A DNA stretch of 64,000 nt from Chloroflexota bacterium (GTDB taxonomy: Bacteria > Chloroflexota > Limnocylindria > Limnocylindrales > CSP1-4): positions 130,744 to 194,743 of the forward strand of contig JAZJZX010000014.1 of assembly GCA_040389445.1 (NCBI GenBank), given 5' to 3'. The translations under genes were made by a program, and so were the position numbers. This document shows positions 58,338-64,000 of this stretch, piece by piece. The number at the start of each line of letters is the position of its first letter. Positions within the stretch are counted from its first letter, which is position 1. The notes under the pieces were generated by a model. That model was not told the DNA's origin. It was given only the letters and a program-made list of their open reading frames with translations, and did no database searches.

Positions 58338-59039
58338 ATGACTGCTGCGGCAACCACCAGGGGATCCGCGAGTTCGCGGATCCCGCTCACGCTGGTCGTC
58401 ACCCTCATTCCGGTGGCGGCAGCCCTGAACATCGTTGGCGGAACGATCAACACGGCGCTCAAGCTCCCGACGTTCCTGGACATGATCGGCACCGCCGTCG
58501 CCGCCATCGTCCTCGGCCCGTGGTGGGGAGCTCTCGTCGGTGTCATCACGAACGTCGGTGGCTCGCTCATCAACGGGCCGATCGGGATCCCGTTCGCGCT
58601 CGCGAATGTCGCCGGCGCCCTCGTCTGGGGCTACGGCGTCCGCTCGTGGGGCCTCGGTGGCTCCTCGATCAAGTACTTCGGTCTGAACGTGCTCGTCGCG
58701 CTGGCGGTCTCCGCCGTGGCTGCGCCGATCGTGATCTTCGTCTTCGGCGGGGCAACCGGCCACTCGTCCGACGCGATCACGGCAGCATTTGCGCAGGCCG
58801 GCCAGGATCTGATCACGGCCGTCTTCGCGTCGAACGTCATCGTCTCGCTGGCCGACAAGATCATTGCCGGCTACGTCGCGCTGGCGATCATCCAGGCGCT
58901 CCCGACGCACCTCACGTCGTCGCTCGTGCTGCCTCGCCAGGAAGGCATGGGCCGCATCCTCGTGGCCGTCGTCGGCGTCGTGATCGGCGTCGCCTTCCTC
59001 CTCGTCTACACCCTGATCCTGGCCCCCAAGCCGGCCTGA
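58338..59039 (+). CDS. ECF transporter substrate-specific (S) component
   Basis: 233 aa with 6 transmembrane helices and small, Gly/Ala-rich helices typical of ECF S components. It lies immediately upstream of EcfA-A'-T. Confidence 0.7.
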   Translation: MTAAATTRGSASSRIPLTLVVTLIPVAAALNIVGGTINTALKLPTFLDMIGTAVAAIVLGPWWGALVGVITNVGGSLINGPIGIPFALANVAGALVWGYGVRSWGLGGSSIKYFGLNVLVALAVSAVAAPIVIFVFGGATGHSSDAITAAFAQAGQDLITAVFASNVIVSLADKIIAGYVALAIIQALPTHLTSSLVLPRQEGMGRILVAVVGVVIGVAFLLVYTLILAPKPA

Positions 59040-59072
59040 TCGAACGCGTCTTGAATGGAGATTGAAACCATC

Positions 59073-59291
59073 ATGGAAGAGCATTCAGGTCGGACTGTCG
59101 GGCCTCGCGAGGGCCTCGGCGCCGGGATCATTGCGCTCGGCATCCTCTCGGCGGTGCTGCCCAGCGTCGTCGATCAACTTCCCTCGGTGACGAACGGCGG
59201 GAGCGCCGCGTTCGTGCTGTACGGCATGAGCGTGCTCATCGGCATCTTCGTCATCATCGCCGGGATCATGTCCTTCATCGTCAAGGACTGA
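59073..59291 (+). CDS. Small (72 aa) two-helix membrane protein of unknown function
   Basis: A hydrophobic ORF between the S and A components. The alternative ATG at 59055 would add 6 aa. Confidence 0.35.
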   Translation: MEEHSGRTVGPREGLGAGIIALGILSAVLPSVVDQLPSVTNGGSAAFVLYGMSVLIGIFVIIAGIMSFIVKD

Positions 59292-59384
59292 CCGGACCCG
59301 CGCTCGTCAACGCAGGCGTCGGTCCCCGTCGGGCAGGGAGTCCCGGCGGGGACCGGTGCCGTTCGTCGTGCAACTGAGGACCCC

Positions 59385-60290
59385 GTGGCAACTGAACCGT
59401 ATATCGCGATCGCAGATCTTGGCTTTTCGTACGCACAGGGCACCCGTCCGGCGCTGACCGGGATCACCCTCACTGTCGAGCAGGGCGAATACGTCGGGGT
59501 GATCGGCCTCAACGGCGCCGGCAAGACCACCCTGGGCCTGTGTCTCAACGGCATCATCCCGCACATGTTGATGGGCGAGCAGACGGGAACGATTGCTGTG
59601 GCCGGCAAGGACCCCGGCGTCGTTCCCGTGCGCGAAATGGCACGCATCGTCGGGATGGTCTTTGACAACCCCGAATTTCAGATGAGCCAGGTCACGGCCG
59701 CCGAGGAGGTGGCCCTGGGCCTCGAAAATCTCGGTGTTCCCTACGCGGACATGGTCGTTCGGGTTGCCGAAGCTCTCGCGATCGTGGGCCTGACTGGTTA
59801 CGACGAGCGGTCGCCGATGGGCCTCTCGGGCGGCCAGCAACAGCGGCTCGCCATTGCCTCAACCCTGGCCATGAAACCATCGATCCTGTTCATGGACGAG
59901 CCGACATCGAATCTCGACCCGATCGGCAAGGAGGAGGTCTTCGAGATCGCCCGCCGACTGAACCGGGATGAGGGCATGACGATCATCGTCGCGGAGCACG
60001 AGGTCGAGGTCCTCGCCGAGTACGCGGATCGCATCATCGTCCTCCACGAGGGGCGGATTGCCCTTCAGGGCACGCCGACCGAGGTCTTCTCCCAGGTGGA
60101 CACGATGGCGGCGCTCGGACTCCGGGTGCCCCAGGTGACCGAGTTCGCGTATCGCATCGCCGGGTTGGGCGCTGGCCCGGTCGCCGATCCCGGCGCGCGC
60201 GCCGGAACTGCCCCGGGCCTGACGAGCCCAGTCGCCCAGCTGCCGGTGAAGCTGTCCACAGCGATCGAGTGGGTCGGGGCGCGGGGATGA
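59385..60290 (+). CDS. ecfA1: ECF transporter ATPase component EcfA (ABC ATP-binding protein)
   Basis: Walker A GLNGAGKTT, signature LSGGQQQR, Walker B ILFMDEP. GTG at 59385 follows GAGGA. Confidence 0.8.
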   Translation: MATEPYIAIADLGFSYAQGTRPALTGITLTVEQGEYVGVIGLNGAGKTTLGLCLNGIIPHMLMGEQTGTIAVAGKDPGVVPVREMARIVGMVFDNPEFQMSQVTAAEEVALGLENLGVPYADMVVRVAEALAIVGLTGYDERSPMGLSGGQQQRLAIASTLAMKPSILFMDEPTSNLDPIGKEEVFEIARRLNRDEGMTIIVAEHEVEVLAEYADRIIVLHEGRIALQGTPTEVFSQVDTMAALGLRVPQVTEFAYRIAGLGAGPVADPGARAGTAPGLTSPVAQLPVKLSTAIEWVGARG

Positions 60291-61168
60291 CCGAGACGCA
60301 GAACGGCCTGCCTGGATCCCCAGGCGCCGGCCCAATTCTCTCCGTCCGCAACGCACGCTACGTCTACCCTCGCGGCGACGTGGTGGCGCTCGAGGAGATC
60401 TCCGTCGATGTCCCCGTCGGCCAGAGCCTCGGGATCGTCGGCCAGAACGGATCCGGCAAGACGACGCTCACCAAGCTCATGAACGGGCTCCTGCGGCCGA
60501 CCTCCGGCAGCGTGATCGTCGACGATCTGGACACGGCAAGGCACCCCGTCCAGGTACTTGCCGCGCATGTCGGATACGTCTTCCAGAATCCCAACCACCA
60601 GCTCTTCGCGCCGACCGTTGCGGACGAACTGGCCTTCGGCCCGCGCAACATCGGCGTTCCCGAAGCGGAGATCGCGGAGCGCGTGGCCGAGGCAACCGAG
60701 TTCTTCCGCCTGGGCGACATCCTGACGCTCCACCCGTATCGAATCAGCTTCCCGTTGCGGAAACTGGTCGGGATCGCGTCGATTTTCACGATGCGGCCCA
60801 AGGTCTTCATCCTCGACGAGCCGACGACGGGTCAGGATCACCGCACGACGAACACCATCAACCGGCTCATCCACGAGCTCGTGGATCGAGGGTCCACGGT
60901 GATCTGCGTGGCCCACGACATGCCGCTGCTCGCGGATGTTTCCGAGCGACTCATCGTCATGTGGAACGCACGCCTGATCGCCGATGGGACGCCTCGCGAA
61001 GTCTTCGCCGATCGAGCGGTCATGGAGCGGACGCATCTGGCTCCACCCCAGATCACCCAGTTCTCGATGCAGCTGCCGGGCCGTGAAGGTCGCGCTCCGG
61101 CGCTCTCGCTTGATGAGCTGGTGGCCGAATATCGCACTCCCGGCCGGCTCGCCGGAAAGGAGGCCTAG
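60287..61168 (+). CDS. ecfA2: ECF transporter ATPase component EcfA' (second ABC ATPase)
   Basis: Walker A GQNGSGKTT, Walker B ILDEPT. The start shares ATGA with the ecfA1 stop. Confidence 0.8.
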   Translation: MTETQNGLPGSPGAGPILSVRNARYVYPRGDVVALEEISVDVPVGQSLGIVGQNGSGKTTLTKLMNGLLRPTSGSVIVDDLDTARHPVQVLAAHVGYVFQNPNHQLFAPTVADELAFGPRNIGVPEAEIAERVAEATEFFRLGDILTLHPYRISFPLRKLVGIASIFTMRPKVFILDEPTTGQDHRTTNTINRLIHELVDRGSTVICVAHDMPLLADVSERLIVMWNARLIADGTPREVFADRAVMERTHLAPPQITQFSMQLPGREGRAPALSLDELVAEYRTPGRLAGKEA

Positions 61169-61171
61169 GCC

Positions 61172-62065
61172 ATGCAGGGGATGAACGTCTCGGTCACCCA
61201 CGTCCGCGGGACCTCGTGGCTCCATCGCATGAGCCCGATCGCCAAGCTCAGCTGGCTCCTGGCGATCATGGCCTTCGCCTTTGCCTCGTACAACCCGTGG
61301 CCGCTTTTCGCGATCGCGCTTGCCGGCATCGGCATGGCCGCGACCGCCGGCATCCTCAAGCCGATCCTTCGCATCCTCCTCGTGTTCGCACCCGTGACGG
61401 CCTCGATGATCGTCATCCAGGCCATCGCCCCGGCGATCTGCCAGAACACCTGCACGCCCGCGACGACGCTCGGACCGCTGACCCTCTACCAGGAGGGGAT
61501 CTCGCACGGGCTGTCGCTGAGCGCGCGGGTCCTGTCCATGGAGATCATTGCGATTGTCGCTCTCGTGACGACGAACCCGTCCGACCTTTTTTCAGCCTTC
61601 GCACGGTTGCGGGTTCCGTACATCCTGAACTTCATGGTGTCGATGACCCTCCAGCTCATCCCGGTCCTGACCCGTGAGGTTCAGATCGTCCTGTCCGCGC
61701 AGCGTTCGAGAGGCATGAAGAGCACGGGCTTCGGATCGGTGATCCCGTCGTTCGTGCCGGTCTTCGCCGGAGCGTTCGAGCGGGTCCAGCAGCTCTCGAT
61801 CAGCCTGGAATCGCGTGCCTTTGGATCCACCGGCAAGAAGACTTCGTACCGTCAGATCGAGTTCGGAACGCTCGACAGGATCATCGCGGTCGCGGGCCTG
61901 GTGGTCGGCTTGGTCGGGACCGTGGTCGGCCTCGTCTTCTGGAGTGCCGGTCAGACACCGGTGATCATCCTTCCGGTCTGGCTGACCGTGACCGTCTTCC
62001 TCATCGCTGCGGTGATGTTCGTCGGGGTCGTCATCGCGGCCCTGGTCGCAATCGCTCGGTCCTAG
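61172..62065 (+). CDS. ecfT: ECF transporter transmembrane (T) component EcfT (CbiQ family)
   Basis: 297 aa with ~5-6 transmembrane helices. The conserved …SAQRSRG… (coupling-helix Arg motif) is present. GGAAAGGAGG lies upstream of the ATG. Confidence 0.8.
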   Translation: MQGMNVSVTHVRGTSWLHRMSPIAKLSWLLAIMAFAFASYNPWPLFAIALAGIGMAATAGILKPILRILLVFAPVTASMIVIQAIAPAICQNTCTPATTLGPLTLYQEGISHGLSLSARVLSMEIIAIVALVTTNPSDLFSAFARLRVPYILNFMVSMTLQLIPVLTREVQIVLSAQRSRGMKSTGFGSVIPSFVPVFAGAFERVQQLSISLESRAFGSTGKKTSYRQIEFGTLDRIIAVAGLVVGLVGTVVGLVFWSAGQTPVIILPVWLTVTVFLIAAVMFVGVVIAALVAIARS

Positions 62066-62074
62066 GAGAGTTCG

Positions 62075-62923
62075 ATGGCAGTGTTCGAGGCGGACGGCCG
62101 CCTGCATCACATCGCGATCAGATCCGGCGACGTCGGTCGCTACGTCCTGCTGCCGGGCGATCCCGGTCGCGTGGAACGGATCGCCCGGCGGTTCGACGAC
62201 GCGCATTTCGTGGCCTCGCACCGCGAGTACGTCACGTGGACCGGAACGCTGGACGGGGTGAAGGTCTCGTGCACCTCGACCGGCATCGGCTGTCCCTCCA
62301 CGGCCATCGCCGTCGAGGAGCTGGCTGCCGCTGGCGCGGATACGTTCATTCGCGTCGGCACGGCCGGTGCCATGCAGCCCGAGATCCGGACGGGGGACAT
62401 CGGTGTCATCAGCGGGGCGATCCGTGACGAGGGGACGAGCCGTCACTATCTCCCGCTGGAGTTCCCCGCGGTCGCCGACATCGACGTCACGGTCGCGCTG
62501 CGCGAAGGGGCGCGGAACGCCGGTCACCGGTTCCGGGTCGGCATCGCCCAGTCGAAGGATTCGTTCTACGGCCAGCACGAACCCGAACGCATGCCGATCG
62601 CGGCGGAACTCGGTCGACGCTGGGACGCCTGGACGGCGGGTGGTGCGATCTGCTCGGAGATGGAGGCCGCGACACTCTTAATCGTGGCGTCGGCCCTGCG
62701 TGTCCGCGCCGGTGGCGTGATGCTGATCTACCAGAACATGGACCATCGTCAGCCCACTGCTGAGGAGCGTGCCGCGGGCAACGTCGAGCACGTCATCGAC
62801 GCAGCGATCTCCGGCCTCCGCCAGCTCATCGCGGATGACCGGGCGCGGGCCGACGCCGCCCTTGCCGGCGCTGCCGGCGCTGCCGACGCTGCCGGCGCTG
62901 CCGGCGCTGCCGACGCGTCGTAG
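62075..62923 (+). CDS. PNP/UDP family-1 nucleoside phosphorylase (uridine/purine nucleoside phosphorylase-like), copy 1, with an Ala/Gly/Asp-rich C-terminal tail
   Basis: …CTSTGIGCPSTAIAVEEL…FIRVGTAGA… and …ICSEMEAA… are the phosphate/ribose-binding motifs of hexameric nucleoside phosphorylases. The tail AGAAGAADAAGAAGAADAS is encoded by an 18-bp tandem repeat at ~62860-62920. Confidence 0.75.
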   Translation: MAVFEADGRLHHIAIRSGDVGRYVLLPGDPGRVERIARRFDDAHFVASHREYVTWTGTLDGVKVSCTSTGIGCPSTAIAVEELAAAGADTFIRVGTAGAMQPEIRTGDIGVISGAIRDEGTSRHYLPLEFPAVADIDVTVALREGARNAGHRFRVGIAQSKDSFYGQHEPERMPIAAELGRRWDAWTAGGAICSEMEAATLLIVASALRVRAGGVMLIYQNMDHRQPTAEERAAGNVEHVIDAAISGLRQLIADDRARADAALAGAAGAADAAGAAGAADAS

Positions 62924-62934
62924 GTCATCAGCAC

Positions 62935-63735
62935 GTGGCCGACGACGTTCAGCACCACGTTGCGCTGCGCCCCGGCGATGTCGGGCGCTACGTCCTGCTT
63001 CCCGGCGACCCGGGGCGCTGCGAGCGCATGGCCCGCCGTTTCGACGACCCCCGCCTCGTGGCAAGGAACCGCGAGTACGAGACCTGGACCGGAACGCTCA
63101 ACGGCGTGCCGGTATCGGTGACCTCCACCGGGATCGGCTGCCCATCGGCGGCGATTGCCGTCGAGGAGCTGGTCCGCTGCGGGGCCGATACGTTCATTCG
63201 GGTCGGCACGGCCGGAGGCATGCAGCCCGGGATGCAGACCGGTGAGCTGGCGATCGTGACGGCGGCGATCCGCGACGAAGGGACCACCAGCCACTACCTT
63301 CCGATGGAGTTCCCTGCCCTTGCGGACCTGGACGTGGTGCTCGCGCTCCGCGAGGCCGCCCGCCGGACCGGGGCGCGAGCGCGCGAGGGTGTCAGCCAGT
63401 CCAAGGACTCGTTCTACGGCGAGCTCGAGCCCGGGCGGATGCCCATCGCTCCGAATCTCCACGAGCGTTGGGGCGCGTTCATCGCCGGCGGGGCCATCTG
63501 CTCGGAGATGGAGGCTGCCGCGATCTTCATCATCGCCTCGATCCTGCGGGTCAGGGCGAGCGGCATCATGGCCTGCGTGGGCAATCCGGCGATGTCCGAG
63601 GCCGAGGCGACGGCCTCGATGGCGACCTTCTCGCTGGACCCCGTGATCGACACCGCCGTCGAGGCCCTCCGTGTCCTCATCGAGCGAGATCGCGGCTCGG
63701 ACGCACCGGAGGCCGGCGCGCCCGCTCGGGCATGA
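62935..63735 (+). CDS. PNP/UDP family-1 nucleoside phosphorylase, copy 2 (tandem paralogue)
   Basis: About 60% identical to copy 1 over the core (…GDVGRYVLLPGDPGR…TSTGIGCPS.AIAVEEL…FIRVGTAGGMQP…ICSEMEAAA…). GTG start at 62935. Confidence 0.75.
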   Translation: MADDVQHHVALRPGDVGRYVLLPGDPGRCERMARRFDDPRLVARNREYETWTGTLNGVPVSVTSTGIGCPSAAIAVEELVRCGADTFIRVGTAGGMQPGMQTGELAIVTAAIRDEGTTSHYLPMEFPALADLDVVLALREAARRTGARAREGVSQSKDSFYGELEPGRMPIAPNLHERWGAFIAGGAICSEMEAAAIFIIASILRVRASGIMACVGNPAMSEAEATASMATFSLDPVIDTAVEALRVLIERDRGSDAPEAGAPARA

Positions 63736-63811
63736 GGGCGGTGTCTGACCGCCGGGTCAACGCTCCCGGCAGCGCGAACGCGCCGGGTCGCGCCGACGGC
63801 TGGCGCACCCA

Positions 63812-64000
63812 ATGAGTTACGGGGAAGTCCTTCGAGCGCCAGGTGCCCGCCTCCTGATCCTCTTCGGGTTGATCGGCCGGGCGCCGTCAGCGATGATTCC
63901 GCTCGCCCTGGTGCTGGCGATCGTGGCCCTGTCCGGTTCCTATGGGATCGGCGGGCTGGCGGCGGCGGCCTACACGCTGGCCGGTGCCGCGGCCGGCCCG
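63812..64000 (+). CDS. Probable MFS transporter, N-terminal fragment (continues beyond window)
   Basis: ATG at 63812. The frame is open to the window end (MSYGEVLRAPGARLLILFGLIGRAPSAMIPLALVLAIVALSGSYGIGG…), typical of MFS helix 1-2. Confidence 0.4.
   Translation, partial: MSYGEVLRAPGARLLILFGLIGRAPSAMIPLALVLAIVALSGSYGIGGLAAAAYTLAGAAAGP

Overview
High-GC (~70%) bacterial chromosome segment with dense, mostly operonic gene organisation (frequent ATGA/4-bp overlaps, GGAGG-type Shine-Dalgarno sites). I call 58 protein-coding genes, one pseudogene, one tRNA and eleven non-coding features; calls are from sequence reading and recollection of protein families, with no searches run. Main blocks, in order: a partial Lhr-like helicase C-terminal fragment at the window edge; a minus-strand alpha-glucan operon (glgX, glgE, maltokinase pep2, a 1095-aa GH13 protein) followed by chromate transporter chrA; a cyanophycin locus (class II amidotransferase, MFS, cyanophycinase cphB, cyanophycin synthetase cphA, then a divergent pair of an unusual CphA-like protein lacking the ATP-grasp domain and an M20 peptidase); ridA, azlCD, ggt, MFS, degV, gdh; a pantothenate/CoA operon (coaX-coaBC-panB-panC); an NCS2 permease, M16 peptidase and ndk; an orphan NuoN/MnhD-like membrane subunit pair, lepB and an Ig-like/beta-propeller secreted protein; hppA, uppP, argR, greA; class I lysK overlapping serS, followed by tRNA-Ser(TGA). 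Downstream of the tRNA a 59-bp direct repeat of its 3' half delimits a ~2-kb lower-GC islet. The islet carries a metzincin protease gene broken by one in-frame TAG, and a repeat-containing lipoprotein. The window ends with a candidate queuosine/nucleoside salvage locus: LacI regulator, PfkB/ribokinase, DUF2419 (Qng1-like), a complete ECF transporter (S, A1, A2, T) and two tandem PNP/UDP-family nucleoside phosphorylase paralogues. Most interesting are the N+M-domain CphA-like gene next to an M20 peptidase, the tRNA-Ser islet, and the DUF2419-ECF-phosphorylase locus. The six-frame track treats GTG/TTG as M and contains many long alternative-frame ORFs inside real genes; these are typical high-GC artefacts and were rejected.
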